The translations under genes were made by a program, and so were the position numbers. The notes under the pieces are model-generated. The model worked only from the letters and a program-made list of their open reading frames with translations, did no database searches and was not told where the DNA came from. From the human T2T-CHM13v2.0 reference genome, Homo sapiens, in the NCBI RefSeq assembly GCF_009914755.1, contig NC_060947.1: a stretch of DNA of 64,000 nucleotides, one strand, 5' to 3'. Positions 39,253 to 52,046 of the stretch are shown one piece after another; the stretch's first letter is position 1, and each line of letters begins with the position of its first letter.

Positions 39253-40499
39253 GTAAGGGCTAGCTCAGCGGGCAGGCTCCGGCTCATGCCCTCCCTGGAA
39301 AGGAGCATGGGTGCCCTGTGGTCAGAAGGCTCGTGAAAACTGTCAGGGGGGAGCACATTTTCTCTGGGGAGACAGCCAGTGTGCCAGGCAGCATGGCTGT
39401 CTCTGAGGTGCACTTGCTTTCCTCAGCCATGCCTCCATAGAAGGTGCTGGGCAATCCTTAGGCACCACTGCCCAGAAGTCGATTCTGGTGGAAATTGAGT
39501 GCTGGTGTGGACGAGGGCAGCTCCCCGAAGTCTCTCTCCTGACTCTCACGTGTGCTTTTCACCTTTTCCTTCTGTCTGTCCTGGAGTTTCTTGTCGAGAG
39601 TGGGACTGTTGAAGCACTGCCCTCTCCCAGGATTGGATACAGTAAGGTCCCTTGAAGTTGTTGGATTTTTTTCTTTTTTAACACCTGTATTGAGATATAA
39701 TGTACCTCCCATGCAGTTCACCCGTTTAAAGTGCACAGTTAGGTGGTTTTTAGGACTGAATGGGCACAGTCAATTTTACAGCATTTTATTTTCATCACAC
39801 ACTCTCTGCCTGTCCCTAGCCAAATGCGCTCCCAGGTTCTCCTCTGATTCCCTGCAACTACAAATCTGCCCTCTGTGTCTATGGACTTGCCGGTCTGGAC
39901 ACTTCCTACAAATGGGGTCACGCGGCGTCCCTTTCTGCTTCACGTGAAGCAGCCTATTGGTGAATCCTTGGCCCCGTGGAGACCTGCATGCGATAGATGA
40001 ATGATTCCGGTGAATGGGTGCCCCTGGTGCCCTGGTTTGCGTTCATCGTCTCTGGAGGTGCTGTACATATTGCTGTACTTCCGCATTTTTCCATAAAGTG
40101 CGCCATCTTTCCAGGGCTTCCTGCTGCTTCCCAGTGGCTTTCCCTGAGTTTAGTTTACAGAGGAATTTATTTTGGGGAGCGATAGTGCATGCAGAGGGGA
40201 AGGTGTTGTGTTCAGGGATGGACAGGAGTTGGGAGGGGTTTGGGGCTGAGTGGTGCAGTTTTCTGGGATCTTCAGTGGCTGCCATTGGTGACAGAGAAAG
40301 CCCCTCTTAAGTACAGTCCTTCAAGAGCCATCTTCCCTGGAAAACAGAAGCGCCCTTTTACTTTATGAGAGATGCAACAGTCTTCAATCATTGGAAAGAA
40401 ATAGGTTGTATTGCATTACCTCTACTACTGTGCTCTAAGAGTAGCATGAAATACATCCCGTTTGGTGACCATTTGGGCTTCTGCAATGTCCGCCTTCAG

Positions 40500-40665
40500 G
40501 AGTTGGCAAGCGGACTCGGTGGATAGCGGCTGTAGCAACTGCACCCAGACCAGCCCTCCGTACCCAGAGCCCTGTTGCATGGGTATCGACTCCATCCTGG
40601 GCCACCCATTTGCTGCTCAGGCAGGGCCTTACAGCCCCGAGAAATTTCAGCCCTCGCCTCTTAAG
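40500..40665 (+). CDS. WWC3: WWC3 exon: SWQADSVDSGCSNC...PEKFQPSPLK
   Basis: ccttcag|G ... AAG|gtaagt; 166 nt, phase 2/0. Confidence 0.91.
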
Positions 40666-42215
40666 GTAAGTAGAAAACATAGGAGATTGTCCGGAGCCCC
40701 TCACCCCAAATATTTTGCCATACGTACCAGGTATACTGCCCTGGAAGGAGAGGCTGTGTGCCCCCAAATTCTTCGTGAGAAGTGTGAGGGGATGGGGGAA
40801 GATGCACCAAAGGCAAGCAGAGCCGAGGCTCCCGGGGAGGAGAGCCACGTGGCTGACCTGCACACACACACGCAGTGGCCCGGGTGTTGTGGTGTAAAAT
40901 GGGCACTGCTGTTGGATTTGGGGGCCACAGCTAAGGCTGGGTTTACTGTGAGCCGAGGAAAAGAAGTGAATGGCCTGAGATGTGTAAAGGGCTTGAATAG
41001 GCACCGCTGATCCATTCCCACCTTCAGGGACAAAGAGGCTCTGGAGGGTTTGTGAGTCCCATAGGTTTTGGACATTTGTAGTTCCTCTTCCCCTTTTGTG
41101 AAATGTAGAATAGTGCTGTCCTTTTGCCCCTTCTGCTCATCTGCTCCTAGCTGTACTGTCACCCTGTCTTTAGGGGAGAAGTCTCATGTTTATAGTGCCT
41201 GTGAGGTCAGGGAAGGCACTGTCAATGCTGTTTTGAAACTTTGTTTCCCCACTGTTCAGCTCACAAAAGTATTTTATCACCCTCACGCCCCTGCCCTCAC
41301 CCAGAAGCACAAAGTGAAATCTGCCCCCGGCAGCTTCCCAAGCTGTGACCCACAGCAGGTTCCTAGTTGTTGTTTTGGACCAGGCTGCTGGTCATGGCCC
41401 TTGTCCAACTTTCTGAGATCTCAAAAAGCAGCAGCCCAAGCCAGGGCGAGTGGCCGTGGGAGGGTTTTTTGGTGTTTCCCCTTCCCTCAACTTTTAGTTT
41501 TGAAAAAGTGAAATCTGCAGTAAAGTTGCTAGAATAATGCAACAAATACCTGTACACCTCACCTGGATCCCACAGTTGTTAGTTCTTCAGCACATTTGCA
41601 TTCTCCCTTTCTGTGTGGGCATCACAGATACAACAAAGTTAGTATAGCGGGTGAGTAGGAAAAAAAAAAAAAAAGAACACAAACTCCCACCCTCGAGAGG
41701 GAGGCGCCAAAGGAGACATTGCTATCATACGTTCATGTCACAGAGAGCAAGGCGGCTTCTGGAGAATGCAATGGCAGGGAAGCGGACAAACACTTGTAGA
41801 GAGGTTTGCAGTTTTAGAAAGGGTTCACATTTAGAAATGTAAATTTATATTTACATTTTACAAACATCAGGATGATAAAAGGGTGCAACTGCTATGGAAA
41901 ACATTATGGTGGTTCTTCAAAGCATTAAAAATAGAACCACCACAGGATCCCGCAGTCCCGCTTCTGGGTATATCTGGGTGTATATCCAGAAGGGTTGAAA
42001 GGATCTTGAAGAAATATGTGCACACCCATGTTCATAGCAGCAGCATTATTCACAGTAGCCAAAAGGTGGAAGCAACTAAAGTGTCCATCATGGATGAGTG
42101 GATAAAGAAAACGTGGCCTATCCATGCAATAGAATATTATTCAACCTTAAAATGGAAGGAAATTCTGTCACGCTGCAACATGGATGAGCTTTGAGGACTC
42201 ATGCTGAGTGAATAA

Positions 42216-42390
<175 letters not shown>

Positions 42391-42553
42391 GAAAAAAAAT
42401 CTTTTTATATGCTAATGAGTTACTGGTGGCTGGCTAAGAGAATAGAAAAGCACAAAAAGACAAATACCGTCGTGAGGTTCCTGGAGTAGTCGAATTCACA
42501 GGGGCAGAAAATAGAATGGTGGCTGCCAGGAGCTTGGATGGGGTGCGGGGATG

Positions 42554-43648
<1,095 letters not shown>

Positions 43649-44079
43649 GGAGTGGGAATGGGGAGTTGTTTAGTGGAGAGGACAGAGTCTCAGATTTACA
43701 AGGTAAAGAAGTTCTGGAGATCTGTTGCCCATCAGTGTGAATGGACGCCACTGAACTGTGCCTGTACAAATGGTTAATATGGTAACTTTTGTTGCGTGTT
43801 TTTTTCCCACAATATTTTAAAAAACAGGGCCCTGAAGGGCCTCACTGAGAAGGCAGTGTTTGAGTAGAGATCGTCAAGGAAGGGAGCTCAGAGCTTTGTG
43901 CAGAAGCATGGGCAGGTGTGGGAGCAGCCAGTGTGTGTTGTGGGGCGGTGCTGAGGACGAAGGGAGTGTGTTGTGGGGCCCACTCAGGACCCTTCCTTTT
44001 CTCTGAGGGCATGAGAAGCTGGTGGGTTTTGAGCCCAGTGGCAACATGATCTGACTGTAGCTTTTTTGTTAGTGCTTTC

Positions 44080-44520
44080 TAAAATTTATTGAGTTGAAGT
44101 TCACATAAAGGGAAGCATTTTAAAGTGTATGCATCAGTGGCATTTGGTCCACAGTGTTGCTCACCCGCCACCTCTATCTAGTTTCATGACGTTTCAATCA
44201 CCCCAGAGTAAAACCCGTCCCCATTGAGCAGTCACTCCCATTCCCCTCCCCCTAGCCACCTGCAGCCACCAAAATCTTTCTAGCTGTGTGGATTTACCTC
44301 TTCCGGATGTTTCCAGAAGTGGAATCATATACTATGTGGCCTTTGCCGCATGGCTTCTTTCACTCAGCACGATATTTTCAAGGTTTATTTACATTTTAGC
44401 GTGTATAAACACTCCATTGGTTTTTATGGCTGAATGCTATTCCCTTGTGTGGATAAGACCACATCTTGTTGATCCATTGATCTGTCAATGGACATTTGGG
44501 GTGTTTCCACATTTGGCCAG
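44080..44520 (-). mobile_element. L1M 3' fragment
   Basis: agcagtcactcccattccc...gtggaatcatata...ggcttctttcactcagca...ggacatttggg. Confidence 0.7.
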
Positions 44521-44973
44521 TTTTCCTGGGATGTCCCTGGTTGCTGTGTTGAGAATAGATCGAAGGGCAGAGAGGTGTGGAATTGGGAAGACTGGTGAGG
44601 CACCTACTGCACTCATCCAGGCATGAGATAATGGCGACTCAGGTGAAAGGTTGCTGACAAGTGCTCAAAACCCCCTTGATCTTGAACACAGAGCCAGCAG
44701 GGATCGCTCTTGGACCAGATATGGGGTGTGCAAAAGAGATCGGAAGTCCGGGATGGCCCTAACGTTCTTTGCATGAACAAATGGAAAGTTGAGATCCCTG
44801 TGAGAGGAGGGGCCAGGGTGGGGTTGGGGAGATATCAGCCTTTCCATTGTGGACGTGCCACATGTGAAACGCCAGCTAAACCCCAAGTGGAGAAGTGAAA
44901 GACATGGTTGTTCCCATAAGTTTATTGCTCACATTATGAAAGAAGCCATAGTCATGAGTGAACCACTCCCTAG

Positions 44974-45138
44974 GTTGATAAGGAAACCAACACGGAAGAT
45001 CTCTTTCTGGAAGAAGCAGCCAGCCTCGTGAAGGAGCGGCCCAGCCGCCGGGCCCGAGGGTCGCCTTTTGTTCGGAGTGGCACGATTGTCCGTTCCCAGA
45101 CATTCTCGCCTGGAGCACGAAGCCAGTATGTTTGCAGA
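44974..45138 (+). CDS. WWC3: WWC3 exon: VDKETNTEDLF...PFVRSGTIVRSQTFSPGARSQYVCR
   Basis: ccactccctag|GTT ... AGA|gtaagt; 165 nt; VDKETNT and IVRSQTFSP motifs conserved with KIBRA. Confidence 0.94.
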
Positions 45139-47174
45139 GTAAGTTGGAATCCCTTTGTCACCTGTCTGGAATGTTTTGTCTTCCATCCCCTTTGTGATTT
45201 TTTTTTTCTGCTGTTCATACTGAAAGGCATATGTATTTGCACCAATAATACCAATCCATGAACTATGAACTTTATAGGTATGCGGTGATGACATTGGTGT
45301 TGTGATCTCCCCGCATGTCCTACCATGCTTATCTGATTCTGGATTTGTTCAGGATTCAAATTCATCCCTTCCCCCAGTTTTCAGTGTTGTGTATGTATTG
45401 ACCTGTGGGGCAGGAAGCAGGGCGAATCATTTCTACCTCAGCCTAAGGAACAAGTGGAAGCAGGGGCCCTCTTGAATGGGTTGAGCTGGAGGAGCCGGGA
45501 ACCTGAGTGGCTTGGAGCCCTGTGGGGCAGCCAGGTTTCTGGGCCAGAGGGTGGATGGTCCTGGCAAAGGGGCAGTGGGTTCTCACTCACCCACATGTAA
45601 CTTCCCAACCTGTGGATGAGTGGGAGGCGCTCAGCGGTTCTCAGCCATGGCTGTGCCTTGCAGTCAAATCATGTCGGGGGATTCAACAGATCCTGGTACC
45701 CACATAGCACCCCAGAGATTTGCCATTGGTCACAGGTAAGGCCTGGGCGTCAGAACTTCCGGAAGCACCCAGATGGTTCTAGCATGTCACACAAGGCTGA
45801 GAACCCCAAGGTGGGTAGAGGGAAGATGCGAGCCAGTGTGGTCAATGAAGGTAGGACAGAGTGATAGTGCCAGCATGGACTTGTACAGAAAGGGCTTTTA
45901 AGGATGATGGCTCATGACACAGTGACCTGGAGGGGCCATTTGGTTGAGAACCATGACCCTTCCTGCACCTCTGAATTGGGGCTGTTGAAGAAGGCATCTG
46001 CCCTGGAGGTGCTCGCTCCATGAGGGCAGAGCCAAGGCAGATCTTCGGAGAGGGAAGGGCCTCAGACCCTCAAAGGAGATGTGGCAAACACTGTGGGAGG
46101 GGGCCTAGGTGGCCAAAACAGCCTCTCAGCCATGTTGGTGAGACCCGCTGCTGTTGTCCCATTGGTCTGAAGTGTCCCTGCTGGCAGCTGCCCCAGGTGG
46201 CGCCGCGTCCGGTCCAGGCCCTCCCACCTGTCACACTTCAGCCCCGTGGAGGCTGATGCTCAAGCGCTTGGCTGGACGCTCTAGATGGAAGGCCACGTTC
46301 ACCGCCCTCCTTGTTCCAGGCTCCTGCCGAGCCACCAACGTGTCGGCTGGCGGGGCTGCTTATTGAGGCGGGGAGGGTGCAAGCAGGTAGTGTTTTGCTT
46401 ACTCAGAGGAAATGCTCTGTGTGCCTGCGTAACAGCTGCACTTACTGGCGATGCTTCTGGATGCTTCGCTGTTCTGTATGTTTGTATGAACGCCGTGCAG
46501 GTATGCTGCCAGGCCGCTGCACTTCCTGAATAGGTTTACTGGCGTGGAAAATAAGGCCACGAAGGCAGGGATGTTGGATTTCACACAGATTGACACTGAT
46601 CCTGAGGTGAGACCCTGCCACCAAAATGAAGGCTGTAATGACTTGGCTCCCATAAAGATGACATTCTTTACTTCCTGTTTAAAAGCACGCCCTGTCCTTT
46701 GATGGGCACAGCTGCAGTTGGCAATGTTGGCTTGTCCTACTACCAGAAGTGAGTCTCTTTTTTGGAAGTCACTTTCCCCAGCTATTGCCAAAGCCACAAA
46801 TACAGCACATGAGAAAGACTGAGGAAAAGTGAACCGTGCTGAGGGCAGCGCTAGCCTTCATGGGGGCTGTACAGGGCACAAAATGGCATTGGTATCGATC
46901 ACACAGAGATTTTGTTGGCTCAGTTAGCCTGGAAACTGGGGGAGGGTTTCGTTTGCTTTGTTTTTGTTTTGTTTTGTTTTGTTTTTTTCATTTTAGCAGA
47001 AACTCTTCTTTAAATTGAAACCCAAAGACCTGCTACAAGCACCAATAATCATAAGTGCACTCGAGGGCCTGTGAAGAGGATGAAAATAATCCATTCTGAG
47101 ACTCTGATTACACACACACAATGAACTGTGCATTGCTGAGAAATTGTTTCTGAACATCATTCTTTTTTGTGCAG

Positions 47175-47267
47175 CTTTATCGTAGTGACAGCGACAGTTC
47201 AACGCTGCCCCGGAAGTCCCCCTTTGTCCGAAATACTTTGGAAAGACGAACCCTTCGCTATAAGCAG
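47175..47267 (+). CDS. WWC3: WWC3 exon, aPKC-binding region: LYRSDSDSSTLPRKSPFVRNTLERRTLRYKQ
   Basis: ttttgtgcag|CTT ... CAG|gtatgt; 93 nt; homologous to KIBRA RSDSDSS...PFVRNSLERRS. Confidence 0.95.
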
Positions 47268-47593
47268 GTATGTGCCCTGTAAACAAATATGGAATCTGTG
47301 CTTGCCCTGCGAGTGATTTTACAAGCCTTAAAAAGGTAACATTTAAGGTCATGTAAATGAAAAGGTAGTATTTCTATTTCTTGTTTACTTAACAGATGTA
47401 ATGTCGTAATGTTGCTAATATTTCTTAAGATAGTATCATGATTTCAGATAATCTGTGATCTTTACATTCTTCAGTATAATAAATAACCATTTTTATATAA
47501 TAGGCTGTTTTCTCTTTTTTTGACAGGAGAGTATATATAGTTTAGAAAAGTTGAGTTTTTCAACATGTTGCTTTTCTGGGCAGGGATCGTTTG

Positions 47594-47597
<4 letters not shown>

Positions 47598-47653
<56 letters not shown>

Positions 47654-47676
47654 TGTGTGTGTGTGTGTGTGTGTGT
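47598..47676. repeat. Compound microsatellite (TA)26(GT)13
   Basis: Pure TA 47599-47650, then GT 47651-47676. Confidence 0.95.
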
Positions 47677-47782
47677 AGAGAGGAAGAGAGACAGACACAC
47701 AAAAAACCCCCAATTTCCACGTGGCAGTTGTGCTCCACCACATACAAGAGTGGCTGCTGACTGGGAAGAATAAGAAAGTTTA

Positions 47783-48101
<319 letters not shown>

Positions 48102-48326
48102 TCAGAAGTGTCTCTCAGCAGCACCACTGCTGGCATTTCAGACAGGCTCATTCTTTGCTGTGGGGGTTGCCCCGTGCACTTTAGGATGTTGAGCAGTGTC
48201 CCTGGGCTCCACCCACCAGATGCCAGTAACACCCCATCACATACACAGCAGTTGTGACACTCAAAATGTCCACAGACATTGCCAGCTGTCCTCCCGGGGG
48301 CCAGATTCTCCTGGTTGAGAACCATG
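48102..48326. mobile_element. MER20 hAT relic
   Basis: ggatgttgagcagtgtccctgg...cagatgccagta...gttgtgaca...aaaatgtc...gacattgcca...ggttgagaacca. Confidence 0.75.
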
Positions 48327-49246
48327 AAGCTCTGCTGAGAATTCAGCAGTGCTTTTAAAGAATTTATATTTGTTAAGTTACAACCCATATTTGCATTTAA
48401 ATTCTGTGTATGTGCAAAATAGCGTTGTGTGTGTAAAAAGCATACCGTGACTCAGGCCACTGACCCATGGTGATTGGCGAATGGATTTGTGGTTTTGCTG
48501 CGGTGACTGCTGTCTTAGGGTTCTGTTTCCCATTGGATGGGAAGTACTGCTCTCAGTTCCGCAGACAAGAGTCTTTTCCCTGTCAGGGCTTTCCTGAGCC
48601 TAGGTATGTTTGCTTACTTGAGGCTTATATGGGGAGGGAAGCTTTGGACAGCTTGCATGTGTGTGTCTGCGTGTTTGCGTGGGAGTGTGTATACTATTTT
48701 TTAAACAACAAGCACTCGTGGTTTATAACGTACTTTCTTTCCCCTTGTACAGTGGATCATTAGGATTTTTCCATGTCCATATATTTTTTTCAACTTGTTA
48801 CAATGGCTACATTTTATACTGGCCTTGTAATTTATTTAACGTTTCCTGCTGTTATAGACTTACTTTTTTTTTTCTGTCATAAACCTTAATTGGACCACTT
48901 TTGCATGTCAGCAGTTATGCCTTTCAGATGCAAGTTTGCTGTAGACATATATATATTCTCAAATGGCCCTTCAGAAAGATTGTTCCATTTTTGATCCTGC
49001 CAGCCCCATATAAGAGCATCTGTTGCTGCACATTTCTGCCAATACATAGGTCATCATTAAAGAAAAACAATTTGCTGTTACTAACCTTGATACTGAACTA
49101 GAGATTTACATTCCTCTTGCCCACATCTGTGTTTTTTAACCTTGGGCGTGCTTAGAGAAATACGTGTGCCTGACCTGTCTCCTATTAATTGTGGAAGAAC
49201 CTTCTAGAAGGCCTGAGTGAGGGCTCACAGCTGGCGTCTCTTGCAG

Positions 49247-49474
49247 TCATGCAGGTCTTCCCTGGCTGAGCTCATGGCCCGCACCTCCCTGGACTTGGAG
49301 CTGGATCTCCAGGCGTCGAGAACACGGCAGAGGCAGCTGAATGAGGAGCTCTGCGCCCTCCGTGAGCTGCGGCAGCGGTTGGAGGACGCCCAGCTCCGTG
49401 GCCAGACTGACCTCCCACCCTGGGTGCTTCGGGACGAGCGGCTCCGTGGCCTGCTGCGGGAGGCCGAGCGGCAG
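49247..49474 (+). CDS. WWC3: WWC3 exon: SCRSSLAELMARTSLDLELDLQAS...LLREAERQ
   Basis: ctcttgcag|TCA ... CAG|gtgggg; 228 nt; RTSLDLELDLQA family signature. Confidence 0.95.
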
Positions 49475-49884
49475 GTGGGGGTCCCCTGTGGCCAGCTCCC
49501 GCCTGCACCTCACTGCTCCCTGCTCCAGGCTCTGAAGGGAGCCTCCCAGACACGGAGGTGGTCCCTGAAATACCCCACCACTGGGCTCTTGGAGTCCCTT
49601 CTCCCTCTGTGGGCTGCGAGGGTGGCGTCTGTGTGGCTTCTGCGTGCATCTGGAGGCTGCGGGTGCTGGAGGAGGGGTCACGGGCCCTCCCCACCTTGTT
49701 GGGGGAACATTCTGGGTCCCCAGTCGCTAGGCCTGACTGCAGCCACCCCCTGGCCTCTGTCTCCTGGGAGGAATTCCTTGGGGGGAGTGTGGGTGAGGTG
49801 GGCCTTACTCCCTCCTGTCACCACTCACTGACTGTGGTTGGTTCTTCTGGGCTCCAGGGTTGGCAGTGAACTTACTCATTCTTC

Positions 49885-49918
<34 letters not shown>

Positions 49919-49955
49919 ATAAAATCGTCTTGTTGGTCCAACGTTGCTGTTCCAG

Positions 49956-50083
49956 ACAAGACAGACCAAACTTGACTACCGTCATGAGCAGGCGGCTGAG
50001 AAGATGCTGAAGAAGGCCTCCAAGGAGATCTACCAGCTGCGTGGGCAGAGCCACAAAGAGCCCATCCAAGTGCAGACCTTTAG
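49956..50083 (+). CDS. WWC3: WWC3 penultimate exon: TRQTKLDYRHEQAAEKMLKKASKEIYQLRGQSHKEPIQVQTF(R)
   Basis: gctgttccag|ACA ... AG|gtatgg; 128 nt. Confidence 0.94.
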
Positions 50084-50169
50084 GTATGGCGGAGGCGTGG
50101 CAAGGCCGGCCCCTCGGCCCTGCTTCCTCCTTACTGTCGTGCCTTTGGCATGGTAAAAAAGTACAGTGA

Positions 50170-50469
<300 letters not shown>

Positions 50470-50756
50470 GTGTGAGTCTGTAAAACCCATGGGAAGTTGA
50501 GAACAAAACAGGAATCCACTGCAGCCAGTAGTGTATTTTCATGTTTTTATCCTGATCTTTTTTTCCTACAGTTTTTTTTCATGCCACTTCTAATCATAAT
50601 GCGGGTTCAGTTTGGCATTTAGCATTTTTTAAATTAAAATATTCCATATTGCTATATAATGTGCTATCTTGTTTGACTGTAATGTCTCATCTAATAGTTT
50701 ACTCAACCACTATATTTTATAACATGCTGCTCGTCTTCAAATGTTTGCTATTGTAA

Positions 50757-51101
<345 letters not shown>

Positions 51102-51979
51102 TAAGGCAAAATGTATCTGCAGGAAAGCTGCGTATCATACACACATGGTCCAGTGAATTGTTACAAACTCGTCCTAAGAATCGGTCATTATCAGTGCCCC
51201 CAGATCCCACACTAGAGTAACCACCACCTTGAATTCTAATAGTATAGATTGGTTTTGTCTGTTTTTGTTTTTGCTGAGGGGATTTTTACAGATGCATCAG
51301 TATTCTTTTGTGTCTGTAAAAAAAATTAAGTTGAAATTCACATAACATAAAATGACCCATTTTAAAGTGAACAGTTCAGCCTTTGGCGCATTCACAATGT
51401 TGCACAACCACCCCTCTGTCTAGTTCCAGAACATTTTTACCACCCCAAAAGTAAACCCTATACCCATTAAGCAGTCACTCCCCGTTCTCCCTCCCCTAGC
51501 TCTGTCTCTAGGGATGTGCCTTTCTGCCTGTTTCATAGGAATGGGATCATATCTTACGTGGACTTTTGCATCTGGCTTCTTTCCTGCAGCTGAGGGTTTT
51601 CGAGGTTCATCCATGTTGTAGCCTATGTGCCAGTGTGTCCTTCCTTGTTAAGGGCGAATAAAATGTGTCTTTTAGCCCTAATTTTTGTGTACATTTAATA
51701 TTCACATAGTTTTCACTTTTTCATTCATTTGTTAATACGACAGGTATTTCCTGAGCACCTAATATACACCAGGCACTGTTCTAGGTACTGGAGATGAAGA
51801 AACCCCTGCTCTTACGGTTCTTCATAATTAACATTTGGAGACTCTATACAAGCACATGTGTTGTTGGGGACTTAAATTCAGTTTGTTGTATGAATAAGAA
51901 AAGCCATGATTGATATGAGAGCCACCAGCTTTCCGTGTCTTCATATCAGCTTCTGACCTGTAATTGTCTCCGGTCCCAG

Positions 51980-52046
51980 GGAGAAGATAGCATTCTTCAC
52001 AAGGCCAAGGATCAACATACCTCCTCTCCCAGCCGACGACGTCTGA
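51980..52046 (+). CDS. WWC3: WWC3 last coding exon: EKIAFFTRPRINIPPLPADDV*, PDZ-binding motif
   Basis: ggtcccag|G; TGA at 52044-52046; C-terminal ADDV is the WWC family PDZ-binding motif. Confidence 0.96.

Noticed and set aside
46190-46204. Isolated forward CTCF-like motif gccccaggtggcgc
   Set aside because: Single imperfect match, expected by chance in GC-rich DNA.
47471-47773. YIYI/THTH ORFs
   Set aside because: Translations of the (TA)n(GT)n microsatellite.
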